Positions 49,000 through 64,000 of a stretch of 64,000 bases of DNA are shown in pieces (within the stretch, counting starts at the first letter, position 1; each line of letters starts with the position of its first letter). A program made the position numbers and the translations under genes. Source of the DNA: the human T2T-CHM13v2.0 reference genome, Homo sapiens; NCBI RefSeq assembly GCF_009914755.1, contig NC_060929.1, one strand, 5' to 3'. The notes below the pieces were generated by a model. The model saw only the letters and a list, made by a program, of their open reading frames with translations, was not told the origin of the DNA and did not search any database.

Positions 49000-49614
49000 T
49001 AGACTTTCCTTTGACCTAATACCACATGTTCATGCTGTATGCTCCATAATTTCTTAATTGAGAAAACATTATTTAACCGGTAAAATATTGTCTTGAAATT
49101 CTGTAAGACAGGAGATGCTTATGTATATATGGAGGCCTGTGGAAGGAAAGGAAAACTATTTCTCCATTCATTCTTGCTGTCCAGTTTAACTTTAGAGCAA
49201 AATTATAGACTGGCCACTTAGCTGTCTTTGGGGATGTGGATAAAAATGGGAAAGTTTGTGATCCAGTCAACAGTGACTATGGCCAAATATTTTCCCATGA
49301 TTTCAGTTGCTGCTACTCAAAGGACTCCCACTAAAACAAATTCATACGTGTCTATAGGAAAACAGAGGGAGGGAATTTGTCTCTTAGAGGTTTCAGAAGG
49401 ATGTTTTGTTACATACCTCAGAGAAGAATCAAGCTGAGATTCTTATGTAGGCAATTAGAGAGCATGGTACCAGTTGACCTCTGAATCCCTCTCTTCCTTA
49501 CCAAGCATATGGAACTCAGCATTTTGATAAATTTCACATGGCACATAACAAGAGGAAAAACAGGAGTATCATGCTGCTCCCAATATAACTAATTCTAAAT
49601 CTGTCTAACCACAG

Positions 49615-49722
49615 CCACAGCCACAGCCACAGCCAAGCCAAGCAGTTTCTGGCCACTCATCAGGTGATGCCCAGCAGCCTGGCACAGATCACTCCCAGAA
49701 TTTTGAGACACCAGGACATTCA
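49615..49722 (+). other. GHR: GHR intron-6 pseudoexon 6-psi (108 nt, in frame); extension to 49765 is 6-omega (151 nt)
   Basis: ctaaccacAG acceptor and weak donor TCA|GTGAGC. The last base, 49722, is exactly +792 from the end of exon 6. The 36 codons are open: PQPQPQPSQAVSGHSSGDAQQPGTDHSQNFETPGHS. Confidence 0.93.
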
Positions 49723-50869
49723 GTGAGCCACTGAAAAAGATGCCAATTTTGTCATTAGAGGAAAGTTAAGTTTGGAGGAAATTTGAGTAGTTACAATACT
49801 GGGCTTTGAGGCTCTATTTTCTGAATCATTTTAATTTAGATATCTGTTCTGTAACTTGGTACAAATAAAATGCCTGATTGGATGCTAAGTCAAACAAGAC
49901 TGTCTAAATCCAAGCTACAATCAAACATTATTTAACAACAGGTACTGAAATAACTACTATGCAGAAGGCACTGTGCTAAATGCCTGAGGTGGCGGTTCTC
50001 AAAGTGGGAGCCACAGACCCTTGAGGGTCCCTGAGACCCTTTCAGGGAGTTCAGTACTATTTTCACAATACACTAAAATATTATTTTATTAACTATGTTG
50101 AAATTTAACTTAATGGCACAAAAGCAATGCTGGAAACACTGCTGGCACCTTAGCATGAAGCAAGGCAGTAGGATCAAATTTTACTAATAGTCATGCACTC
50201 CCAATGAAGAAGGAAGAAAAAGCCAGTTTCACGTTTGAAGTTCTTGATGAAGCTGTAAAAATTGTTAATTTTACTAAACCTCGACCTTTGAGTACATAGC
50301 TTATTAATATTCTGTGTGACATATGGGAATTACACATTAAGCATGTCTGCTGCGTACTGAGGTATTGTATTTGTCTTGAAGAAAAGCGCTTAAATGACTG
50401 AGTTGCCAGCTGAACTAGTTGCTTTTATTGCTTGGAGCACCATTTTTACTTGGAAGAGCCATTGATAAACTGGCAGATGGTTATTCATATTTGAATTGGC
50501 AAACATTTGTCAAAAAAGAATGAGGCAAGCTTGTCGCTTCAAGAAAAACAACTGACAGTATTTTTTGCAATGGAAAAAATTTGACTTTTCAAAGCAATTC
50601 ATTTTGCCTTTTTCGAAAATTTGTGTCTCCAACCGTGAGCTTGATAGTGTTTTAATATTTGAAGACTTTTCTTGAAGAGATTGATGGTGATATTAATGAA
50701 AGTGACTTTTTAATTATATTGTGTAATAAAATGTATGAACATTTAGAAAAATCTACAACTCAGTTAACCAATATTTTCCAAATTACTAATACATGATGTA
50801 ATCAAATCATGCATGGGGAAATGATCCATTCAAAGTACTAGATAGAATCGTGAATTTTTTTAATGATCA

Positions 50870-53800
50870 AAAATTTTTTTGTATATTTATTGTGTACAAC
50901 ATATTTTTTTGAAATATGGATACATTGTAGAATGGTTCTATCACACTAAGTAACATATGCATTACCACACATACCTTTTTTTGTGTGTTGAGAACACTTA
51001 AAATCTACTCAGAGATTTTCAAAATACAATACATAAGCATTAACTATAGTCACCATTTTGCACAATAGATTTCTTAAACTCATTCCTACTAACTGAAAAT
51101 TTTAATTCTTTCATCAATATCTCCTTAACTCTGCACCCTGCCCACAACCCCTGATAACCACCATTCAACTCTCTGCTTCTGAGTTCAACTTTTTTAGATT
51201 CTGCATATAAGTGAGATTATGTGGTATTTGTTTTTCTGTCTCTGGATCATTTTTCTTAATATAATATCCTCCAGGTTCATCCACATTGTCACAAGTGACA
51301 GGATATCCTTCTTTTTTTAAGGCTGATAGCATTCCATTGTATATACCTACCACATTTTCTTTATCCACTTATCCATTAATGGAACATAGGTCGATTCTAT
51401 TTCTTGGCTGTTATAAGTAATGAACATGGGAGCCCAGATATTCTGGCTCAACATACTGATTTCATTTTCCTTGGATATATACTTAGTAGTGGAATAATAT
51501 AATGGATCACATGGTAGTTCTATTTTTAATCTTTTGAGGAAGCTTCATATTATTTTCCATAGAGGGTATACTAATTTACACTCCCACCAATAGTGTGCAA
51601 GGGTTCCCTTTTGTCCACATTCTCACCAACACTTGTTATCTCTTCTTTTTTTGAAAATAGCCATCCTAACATCTTTGTGCACTCTATGCCTTCTGTGAGC
51701 TGATAGCTCATTGTGGTTTAAATTTACATTTCCCTGATGATTAAAGATGTCAAGCATTTTTCATATACCTGTTGGCCATTTCTATATCTTCTTTTTAAAA
51801 ATTTATATTCAGGTCCTTTGCCCATTTTTTAATTGGGTTATTTTCTTGTTATTGAATTGTTTTAGTTCCTTATATATTTCAGATAGTAACTTCTTATCAG
51901 ATGTATGCAAATATTGTCTCCCATTCCATAGAGTGTCTTTTTACTCTGTTGATTGTTTCCTTGGCAGTGCAGAAGCTTTTTAGTTTCATGTAATCCCGTT
52001 TATCTATTTCCACTTTTGTTGCCTGTTCCCAATGGAGTCATATCCAAAAAATCATTGCCCAAACCAATGTCATGGAGCTTTTTCCTATATTTTCTTCCAG
52101 TAGTTGTACAGTTTCAGGTTTTACATTTAAGTCTTTAATCGATTTTGAGTTTATTTTTGTATATGAGGTAAAATAAGGGTATAATTTCATTCTTCTGCAT
52201 ATGGATGTCCAATTTTCCCAACAACATTTAAAGACAGAGTCCTTTCCTTACTGTGTATTCTTAGCACCTTTGTGATAAATCAATTTACTGTAAATGTGTG
52301 GATTTATTTCCGAACACTTTATTCTTTTACATTGGTTTATGTCATTTTTATGCCAGTACCATGCTGTTTTGATGACTATAGCTTTGTATTATGTTTTGAG
52401 GTTGGTAGAGTGATGATTTCATCCTTGTTCTTCTTGTTCAAGATTGCTTTGGCTATTCATAGTCTATTGCAGTTGCATACAAATTTTAGAATTGCTTTTT
52501 CTATTTCTGTGAAAAATGACATTGGAATTTTGATAAGGATTGCATTGAATCTGTAGATTGCTTTAGGTAGCAGGGACATTCGAACAATATTAATTCTTCT
52601 AATCCATGAACATGGGCTATCTGTTCATTTATTTGTGTTGTCTTCATGTTTTACAGTTTTCAGTGTTCAGATCTTTCACCTTTTTGTTTAAATTTATTTC
52701 TAGGTCTTTTATTTTATTTTTATTTTTATAGATATTGTGAAAGGGATTTCTTTATTTCTTTCTCAGATTGTTCCTTATTAGTGTATAGAAATGTTACTGA
52801 TTTTTGTATGTTGACTTTGTATCCTGCAGCTTTACTGAATTTGTTTATCTGTTCTAGCAATTTTTTGTTGAAGTCTTTAGGGTTTTCTATATATAAAATC
52901 ATGTCATCTGTAAGCAAGGACAATTTAACTTTTTCCTTCTCAATTTTGGATGCCTTTTATTTCTCTCTTTTGCTTAATTGCTCTGACTAGGATTTTGAAT
53001 CGAGTAGAATAGAGTAGAGGAGTTACATTGAATAAAAATGGCAAGAGTAGGCATCTTTGTCTTGTTCCTCATCTTAGAAGAAAAGCTTTCCACATTTCAC
53101 TGTTTATTATGATGTGAGTTTGTTATATATGGCCTTTATTGTGTTGAAATACATTCCTTCTATATCTAATTGTTAAGGGTTTTTATCATGAAAGGATATT
53201 GAATTTTGACAAGTGCTTCTTCTGTATCTGTTGAGATGGTTCCATGGTTTTCGTCTCGGTTCTGTTAAAGTGATGTATTATGTTTATGTATTTGTGTGTG
53301 ATGAACCATCCTTGCATCCCTGGAATAAATCCTACTTGATCATGGAGAATGTTCCTTTTAGTGTGCTTTTGAGTTAGTTTCCTAGTATTTTGTTTAAGAT
53401 TTTTACATCTGTATTTATCAGAGATATTAGCCCATAATTTTCTTTTCTTGTAGTGTCCTTTCATGGTTTGGGTATAAGGGTAATGCTAGCATCAAGAAAT
53501 AGTTTGGTAGTATCCCCTTTTCTTCCACTTTTTGGAAAAGTTTGAGAAGGATTGGTGTTCCGGTGAAGCTTCCAGTGAAACTGTCAGGTCCTGGACTTCT
53601 CTTTGATGACAGACTTTTTATTACTGATTCAATCTCCTTACTTATTATTGGTTTATTAGATTTTCTATTTCTTCAAGAAAGTCTTAGTAGGTTGTTGTGT
53701 GTAGGAATTTATTCATTTCTCATGCATATAATTTTTCAGAATGGTCTCTTATGAACATTTGTATTTCTATGGTATTGGTTGTAATGTCTCCTCCTTCATT

Positions 53801-54320
53801 TCTGATTTTGTTTTTAATTTGGGCTTTCTCTTTTTTTATTATTTAGTCTAGCTAAAGATTGGTTGATTTTGTTTATCTTTTCAAAAAAACTTGTTTCATT
53901 AATCTTTTCTACTGTTTTAATGTGCTAACTGAAAAGCACATTAAAAGGATCATTCTCCATGATCAAGTAGGATTTATCCCAGGGATGCAAGGATGGTTCA
54001 TCACACGCAAATACATAAACATAATACATCACATTACTAGAACCAAAAACAAAATTATGGAACCATCTCAATATTTTCTATTCTCTATTTCATTTATTTC
54101 TGTTCTGATCTTTATTATTTCCTTCCTTCTATGAACTTTATGCTTAGTTTATTCTTTTTCTGGTTTCTTCAGGTAAAATGTTAGGTTATTCATTTGAGAT
54201 CTTTGTTTTCTGATGGAGGCATTTATTGCCATGAACTTCCATTGCTCTTAGAACGACTTTTACTGCATTCCTTAAGGTTTGCTATGTTGTTTCCATTTTT
54301 GTCTCAAGATATTTTTGATT
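50870..54320 (-). mobile_element. L1MA-type fragment
   Basis: Reverse-strand 3'UTR and decayed ORF2, e.g. [14 protein letters not shown] in ORF 53186-53464. Confidence 0.88.
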
Positions 54321-54324
54321 TTAT

Positions 54325-56052
54325 TTTTTACTTTTTAACTATTTTTTTAGGTTCAGAGATACATGTGCACGTTTGTTATATAGGTAAATTGCATGTCACA
54401 GGGGTTTACCATACAGATTATTTCATCACCAGGTAATAAGCATAGTACCCAGAAGGTAGTTTTTTGATCTTCACCTTCCTTCCACCCACTACCCTCCAGT
54501 AGGCCCCAGTATCTGTGGTTTCAGTCTTCGTGTCCATGTGTTCTCAATGTTTAGCTCCTACTAATAAGTGAGAATATGTGGTATTTGTTTTCCTGTTCAT
54601 GCATTAGTGTGCTTAGCATAATGGCCTCCAGCTCCATCCATGTGACTGCAGAGGACATGATCTTGTTCCTTTTTACGCCTGAGCAGTATTCCATGGTGTA
54701 CATATACCACATTTCCTTTATCCAGTGTACCATTTTCTTTATTCCATGTCTTTGCTATTGTGAATAGTGCTATGATGAACACACGCATGCATGTGTCTTT
54801 ATGGTAAAATGGTTTATATTCCTTCAGGTATATACCCAATAACGGGACTGCTGGGTCAAATGACAATTCTCTTTTAAGTTCTTTGAGAAGTTGCTAAACT
54901 GCTTGCCACAATGGCTGAACTAATTTGAATTATTACCAGCAGGATATAAGTGTTCCCTTTTCTTTGCAACCTCACCAGCATCTGTTATTTTTTGACTTTT
55001 TGATAATAGCCTTTCTGACTGCTGTGATGTAGTATCTCATTATGGTTTTGATATGCCTTTCTCTCTAATTATTAGTAATGTTGAGCATTTTTTCTTACAC
55101 TTGTTGGCTCATGTTTGTGTTCTTTTGAAAAGTGTCTGTTTATGCCTTTTGTCCATTTTTTAATGGGACTGTTTGTTTTTGGCTTGTTGATTTAAAGTTC
55201 CTTATAGATTCTGGATATTAGACATTTGTCAGATGTATAGTTTGCAAATATTTTCAGCCATTCTGTAGATTATCTGTTTTTTCAGTTGTTTCTTTTGCTG
55301 TGCAGAAGCTCTTTGGTTTAATTAGATCCCATTTGTCAATTTTTGTTTTTGTTGCAATTGTTTTTGGCATCTTTGTCATGAAACCTTTGCTAAGGCCTAT
55401 GTCCAGAATGGTATTTCCTAGGTTTTCTTCTAGGGTTTTTATAGTTTGGGGTTTTGCATTTAAACCTTTAATCCATCTTGAGTTGATAGTCGTACATGTT
55501 GAAAGGAAGGGGTCCAGTTTCAATCTTCTGCATATAACTAGCCAGTTACCCAGCACCATTTATTAAACAGTGTTTTCCTCATTTCCTGTTTTTGTCAACT
55601 TTGTCAAATATTAGTTGGTTGCAGGTATGAGGCTTTATTTTGGGGTTCTCTGTTCTGTTCCATTGATCTATGTGTCTTCTTTTTTAACCAGTACCATACT
55701 GTTTTGATTCCTGTAGCCTTGTAGTATAATTTGAAGTCAGGTAATGTGATGCCCCTGGGTTTATTCTTTTTAGTTAGGATTGCTTTGACTATTTGGGCTG
55801 TTTTTTGCTTCCATATGAATTTTACAATTGTTTTTTCTAAATCTGTGAAAAATTACATTGATAATTTGATAGGCATTGCATTGAATGTGTAGATTGGCTT
55901 GGGCAGTATGGTCATCTTAACGATATTGATTCTTCTAATCCATAAGCATGGAATGTTTTTCCATTTGCGTTATCTGTCATTTTCTTTCATCAGTGTTTTA
56001 TAGTTCTACTTATAAAGATATTTCACCTCCTTTGTTAAATGTATTCCTAGGT
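54325..56052 (-). mobile_element. Older L1PA (about PA13-16-like) 3' fragment
   Basis: A new 3' end begins at about 54330 (TTAGGTTCAGAGATACATGTGCACGTTTGTTATATAGGTAAATTGC), followed by ORF2 remnants. Confidence 0.85.
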
Positions 56053-56875
56053 TTCTGTGTGTGTGTGTGGCTATAATAGGCTATGTTAACCTGATAACAA
56101 TTTAACTTTCTTGCATAAAAAACTCTACACTTTTACTCCACATACCGCCCCCCCAAACACATTTTAAATTTTTGATGTCACACTTACATCTTTTTATATT
56201 GCATATTTCTTAACAAATTATTGTACCTAGTATTATTTTTAATAATTTTATCTTTTAACCTTCATTCTAAAATAAAAGTGATTTGCATATTACCATGAAA
56301 ATATTAGACAGGTAATGTGATGCCCCTGGGTTTATTCATTTTAGTTAGGATTGCTTTGCCAATTGGGCTGTTTTTTGCTTCCATATGAATTTTACAATTG
56401 TTTTTTCTAATTCTCTGAAAAATTACATTGATAATTTGATAGGTATTGCACTGAATGTGTAGATTGGCTTGGGCAGTATGGTCATCTTAACAATATTGAT
56501 TCTTCTAATCCATAAGCATGGAATGTTTTTCCATTTGCGTTATCTGTCATTTTCTTTCATCAGTGTTTTATAGTTCTACTTATAAAGATATTTCACCTCC
56601 TTTGTTAAATGTATTCCTAGGTTTCTGTGTGTGTGTGTGGCTATAATAGGCTATTTTAACCTGATAACAATTTAAGTTTCTTGCATAAAAAACTCTACAC
56701 TTTTACTCCACATACTCCACACACACACACGTTTTAAATTTTCGATGTCACACTTACATCTTTTTATATTGCATATTTCTTAACAAATTATTGTACCTAG
56801 TATTATTTTTAATAATTTTGTCTTTTAACCTTCATTCTAAAAAGTGATTTGCATATTACCATGAAAATATTAGAC
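55739..56875. repeat. Head-to-tail tandem duplication, 571 + 566 bp
   Basis: AGGTAATGTGATGCCCCTGGG...GAAAATATTAGAC at 55739-56309 and 56310-56875. Confidence 0.97.
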
Positions 56876-57963
56876 TACTTTAAATTGGACTGTGTACTTA
56901 CTTTTACTAGTGAGTTTTATACTTTCATATGTTTTTATGTTACTCATTAGCCTCCTTTTCTTTCAGCTAAAGACCTCCCTTTAGCAGTTCTTGTAAGATA
57001 GGTCTGTTGGTGAGGAATGGTTAATTTAAATATAACAAAGTACAAAAAGTTCATCAGTAGAGTTTCAGGTTTCATTTTTCCACTAACCTGTAAGAATTTA
57101 TCATTTGAGTTTTAGTCTATTGTTAAACAGAAATGTTCACAATTATGTGAAAAGTTTATTAAAATATTCCTCATTTTCCTCATTATTTATCTGTGTGAGG
57201 CCAGGTTTTATTCATTTACGAAAATAGCACATTCTAATAGATTTAATTCAGAAGCAGTTATAAAAATACAGTCATCTTCCTTTAAGTCTGACATTAAATA
57301 AATTTGCAAAAATGTAAAACAGTATCACTCTTCTCACTCTCTTTTTTGTTGTTTGGGAAAGTACAATAATTTTTATGAAAATATATTATTTAACAAAATC
57401 AATTTATTATTTTCAGTTTAAAAATAAGGATTTTAAAATTTTTTCATTTCAATTTCTAATACTGTAAATAGTGATAGGTATAACCCAACTAAACCAAACT
57501 CTTTAAGATTCTCAAATTTTTAAGAGTGTAAAGGAGTCCTGAAATAAAAAAGTTAAACAACCTAGAAAAAAACAAAGATATAAATCAGCATGTTAGCATT
57601 CATCAATTCAGTTACCATCATTTCATCCCTAAAAGCCATGGCATATAGTTACGTCTCACTGAGCCACCACTTTGAAACTCCCACCCTGTGCCAGGTACTT
57701 GTGAGCATGTAACTTTGTTAATCAACTGTTCAGGGCTATATCCCAACATGGCTTTGTTGCACTTTTCGTGGCACCTCTGCTAAATCTCGTTAGGTAGACC
57801 AAAGGGGTCAGTTAACTTTTTCTTTATACCTTTTATTCATGATATTTATAAGTTTGGTAATTTACAAAGGTCTTGGACAAAGACCAGGGGCTTATATATA
57901 ATAATTTATTTATCTCTTGAAGAAACAAACAATATAATTGGTTATGAAGCACAGGCGTCATAA

Positions 57964-58370
<407 letters not shown>

Positions 58371-60131
58371 GCCCTTTTTAGTAAATACATTTTGCATGAC
58401 CATGTGGTTGTTTACAGCTATTTATCTAGTAAACCAATAACTTACAGCTTTTTAAAGGCTTAATGAATAGCATGGAATTATTCATGATATCTGTGCCATA
58501 TCTTGAGGACCCACTGTATACCTGATATTGCACTGGACTTTGGAAATGAAAAATAATGAGTGATCTTGGGGAATTTACAATGTAACATAGAAAGGTGTGT
58601 ATCACTAAATTTGCACAATGAAACATAATTAATAATAGAAGAAGTATATTATCTGGCAGAATAGAGTGGGGAAAAGTACCAGCAAAGACTTAGAATACCA
58701 GCTCTCCTCAATACTTGCACTTAGACTTGGATGAGAAACAGTTCCCCGCACAGGCAGATGACAGGGTTAGGTATGATAGGAGCCACGTAAGTAGGAGCCA
58801 CTCGAAATCTGAGTTTGGTGTGGCTGGTGTGGAGGGTTGAGGGAATATGAAGAGAGGACCACAACTTGAATCACTGAGGGCCCTTTTTTGATCCTATTAG
58901 TGAAATCTTTAAAGAAATTGTATTGGTGACAATAACAGAGAAATAAGGGCTTTGAGGATGAAAACATAGGCTTTAAAAAAAAAACTTAAGAAAAAAATAA
59001 TAAAGTAAGTTCAGTATTCAGTGTCCTGCCTTAAAGAAAGCATTTTAGGCATGCAAATATCCCATATATTCAGAGGCTTCTATAAAAAATACAAACAAAC
59101 CCTGTCATATACACATGAGGCAAAAAAAGATACTTTGTGAGTAGAAACTATTGAGGTAAAAGAAAAACTTGTTTTAGAAGCTGAAGGCCCAGCTGCTGAC
59201 TTAATAAAACAAATTATGAGAATTTTGTTTATGCGAAAATCCATGCTGTTGAAAACGCGAGTGTTTAAAGTTTTCTATAAACAGGAACAAGGTGTTCTAC
59301 CAAAAAAAAGTATAAAAGCACATTGAATAACTGCTTTGAGTATTTGACTTGGAGGAAACTACCATCACTAGTTGAGTATACCTCTTTGATAGCAATATGT
59401 GTTAAAAGTCTAACAGTCTCACTCTACCCCTCCCCGAGAAGGTAAAGGAATATCCTGACCTTAAGGGTTGTGAGACCTAGATGTTTCTTACCAAAGAACT
59501 CCGGTGACTTTTCTTTGCAGATTTTAAATAGCAAACTATTTTATGGTGGCTTTAAGCCTTCCAGAGCAAGCAGATTAGGTATGTAGTTCCTTTTAATAAA
59601 AGTATTTGGAAGTTCAATAAAGGCAATTATGATTTTTCTAGGACCTTTTCCAATTCTGTGATTATGTGAATGACTACCCGGAATTTCCATCAAACACTGA
59701 TATACAACTTGCTATGGCTACAATTTATTTTGGTGTGAAAACATGTTTGCTTTTCTGTTCTTATGTCTCCCTTCATACAAAAGTATAATATCCCAGATAT
59801 GTAGGCATATAGTTCTGCCATTCAGAGTAATTCTAATATACTTTAATCTTATTAACTATCTGGAAGACTAATGCACAGTTATAGCTGCATTTCTTTAAGC
59901 AAGTCTATCATATCTTTGGGTTTATGCCAAACTAAATTTGTGAACTATTATCCATTTACAAAATGATTATTTACATCAATCTTCCTTTAAATAACAAATG
60001 CTCACAATGCATTTTAAAATATTACCTACTTTATAAAAATCCATTCTGAATAAAAATGGGAGAATACCTGTAGTGTTCATTGCATTGAGTTGTTGACTCT
60101 TTGGCCAATATGCGTTTATATTTTGTCTTGA

Positions 60132-60323
<192 letters not shown>

Positions 60324-62271
60324 TAGTAGCTAACCTGGCTTTTGTCAATATAACAGTTGATTCACCCCTGCACTGGTAGTGTGTTGTCCAAATCAAAATA
60401 TATTAACATCAGATATCAGGATGAGAGACCTTGAGCTCACTATCTGTAACAGATATTGTTCATTGCAAAAGCAGAAGGAAGATTTAGTTTCCAAATTTTT
60501 CATTCAGGAGAAGTCCGGGGGGCAGGTGGAAGTTTAGAGACAGGAATTTGGTGGCAATCTCCGGATGGTAGAATTCAGATGATTCTTTTCTTTATATATT
60601 TTTATATTTCTGAAATTTTCTATAGTAAGTTTGTTTTGAATTTATAATCAGGAAAAAAAGCTGTACTGATGGTTAGGGAAGAAAGTATGTATCTATATGG
60701 ATGGATAGATATGTGACATCTAAGAGGAAACCCAATATTGAGTCAGCATAGGTAGTCAACAGCAGGTGCATACGGTTTTAGAAAGCGGAGGTGTGGCTTT
60801 TACCTAGAGGAATGCCTAATAAGTAGTGTGGCAGTCATACTTAAAGGAGACGTGGAACATTTGAAAACCCTATGTAGGAGAATCACAACAATGATTAAAG
60901 TTTTTAAAAATGGGACCTATGAATTTAGAATAAAAGAATTAAAACTTTTAGATACAGAAATAAAGAAAACTGATTAATGATGAGCAGAAAGTATAGAGTA
61001 TTATTATTCTCAAATGGGAAATGGCTCTATTCCATCTTCATTGAAAACAGAAGTTTACAGGGCTATATGTTTGTTAATGAAACAACCACAAGCTACATAG
61101 AAAATAAATTTATATTTCTGTATTTACTATACAGGTAGAATCTCATGATACTAAATAGCATTAGGATGAAAATTTCTATAGCACCATTTTCTCTATACTC
61201 TAGTTAACTGAATTCTTGTTTCCAAACTATTTGATATTATGCAATTCTGGCCTTAAAAGTACAATAGCTATACACCCTTAAGCTTAGTGTAGTGGCATTT
61301 AATTCACTTAACATATATTTTTTAAACTGCCTTTTCCTTCTGTTACTAACAAAAAAGAAGCTCTAACTTTATGTTATTTTCCTGAATATGTCATTGATAT
61401 GAAATTATAGACACTACAAGACAAAAAATGATTTTTTCTCCCCCACCAATTCTTTAAAATGCTTATAATATCTCCCTAGGGGATTTTAATAACTTTTTAA
61501 ATAAGAAAAGACTATTTCAGCATAAAGACCTACATTTTAAATGGCAATGTTAAGGTAAATTTCATCTGTCATTTTTATAAAAAAGTGGTTAGCCTCTGCC
61601 TCTGTGGTAAGAATACTGGGTACCAACTGCAAAGTAGCTGGCAGGTACTCAATCTTAAGGAATGAAATAGAAGTTTTACAAACAGGTTCCCCCAAGTCTC
61701 ATACAAAGTATACTAAAACCTGAAGATGGGAGCCTCAGTAGTGATCTTTCTGTCAATTTTATGTATATAATATACATGAGATATATTTATTATATTTTAA
61801 TAATTTAATTTATTGATATAAATACGTATATTTATAGCTGTAAAATATATGTTATTTGTGTCTAAGAAGTTTCTGTCATGATTTATCAATAAAAACTCTG
61901 CCTTCATCTTTTTGATAAATCTTCAATCTGGAAACTAAGAAAATCACCACACTTAAAAAAAAATAGAAAAGAAACCGAGTGGGCATTATTTAGGTAGTGT
62001 GTTAATAAGCAACACTTTTTTACTGAAGCTGAAACCTTTATGATACTCCCTGGACACATAGTATGCTTAAAGCAGATTGTTTGTTTTCATAAAACACACA
62101 TTGATTTTGAACTATATGCTGTTTCTTTATTTTGAAGTTTTTTTTTAATGTGAGGAGATTTGAAAAGTGGACAGAGATGTTCATAAAACAGAAAAAAACT
62201 AAGTCGTTGCATTCTGTTTCAGTGGTTATCAAGAGAAATCACTGACTTTATTAGATGAATACAAATTATGA

Positions 62272-62448
<177 letters not shown>

Positions 62449-62716
62449 TAGGTGTGGAGTAGTATTCTTTGGTATTTTGTACCAGTTGTTTAGATTTCCA
62501 TATGTGTTTCTATTTGTTATTTGATATTTTCTTTGTCAAATTATGAGTGGAAATTTTAGTTAACCTAGTACACTTTTATCTCCAGTTATATATTTACCAT
62601 TCATATAAAACTCAATTTGTTGTATTTATCTTAGACAATTTAGAGGTTTAGATTCTATCTGGAGACTTGTACAGGACATTAAGAGGCTTAGGCTGGTGAC
62701 TATGCATACCTTGTGA

Positions 62717-63135
<419 letters not shown>

Positions 63136-64000
63136 CCATTTAAGGTATTTTTAAAGTCCCAATGGTTAATCTTGTTGCTTCTCCTAGAATTAAGGTGACT
63201 AACACTCCCAGGTTGCCTAGAACTCTCCTGGTTTTTAGCAATGCAAGTCCGGTGTGCCAGGAAATCCCTCAGTTCCAGGTAACCAAGACAGTTGATCCCC
63301 TTACCTAGAATTGAAAATACGTTCTCCAGCTGAAGCCAAGAGGCATCTATAAATCAAAATGAGATCTATGTTAATATATTTTAAAAGATTTTACTTTGTT
63401 TTGTAAGGTAGTATAGCACTTGTAAACTTCAAAACAGAATTTTGTTAGGAAGAAGAATTATTGGGACGCTAGATTTCTATAGTGTCAAGCATGCTAAAAG
63501 TCTAACTGAATGCAGAAAGGGTTATTTTCAGTAGAGCTTCATGTCCAATTTTATAATATAAACCAATTGGAAAGTAAAATTCATTCTGAATTCCATTTTG
63601 CACCTAACTTTCTGGCAACATTCCTGTTTTCCAAAAAAGCAGCTATCATAAATCACAACACAATTTTCTATTGTTTCAGGAAAATAAATAAATATATTTT
63701 TAGAATTTTAATTTGTGTATTTAAGTAATGCCAACAACAAAAAAGCCAAATTATTCTGTTGATTAATTTCAGTTTATTAATCTATATATTTGGTGGGAAA
63801 ATTTATACATAACTTCAGTAGATAAACTCACGAGGTATGTAAAGTAATTAGCTCTTAGTATTAGCTGTGAATTTCTAGCCATTGTGAAGGCCAAGTCAAT
63901 TTGTTATGTTGTTTAGTTATATTAGTTAACAATATTAGGAAGAAAAAATTATCCTCTCAAAAAGTAGGATTTCCAAGAAAACATATTACTTCTAATACAG

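Larger units (their letters stand above)
49988..57565. mobile_element. Charlie1-type DNA transposon split by L1s (about 49988-50850 and 57030-57565)
   Basis: GCGGTTCTCAAAGTG...GTCCCTGAGACCCTTTCAGGG start and TTAAGAGTGTAAAGGAGTCCTGA...AAGTT end. Confidence 0.7.

Overview
This is a human (catarrhine) genomic window from the growth hormone receptor gene GHR on the + strand. It covers the 3' part of the large intron 3, coding exons 4-8 (130, 173, 179, 166 and 91 nt, all AG/GT bounded, with phases that join into one open frame) and the start of intron 8. These exons encode the two extracellular fibronectin-III domains, the YGEFS motif and the transmembrane helix. The rest is repeat-rich intron: a full-length, dead, sense-oriented L1PA3-like element inside a THE1 LTR, two inverted L1PA structures, older L1M/L1PB pieces, about 9 Alus (one AluYa5), MaLR/ERVL LTRs, hAT/Tigger fossils, MIRs and L2s. 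I found no new protein-coding or prokaryote-like system, and most ORF-track entries are repeat artefacts. The most interesting signals are: (i) latent splicing features, namely the 6-psi/6-omega pseudoexon, one-base-away cryptic donors, two splice-ready antisense Alus, and a stop plus poly(A) signals right after exon 7; (ii) an apparent gene-conversion tract between two inverted L1s about 4 kb apart; (iii) a series of locally templated duplication and inversion scars. Repeat subfamily names and clinical variant names are recalled from memory and were checked only by coordinate arithmetic against this sequence.
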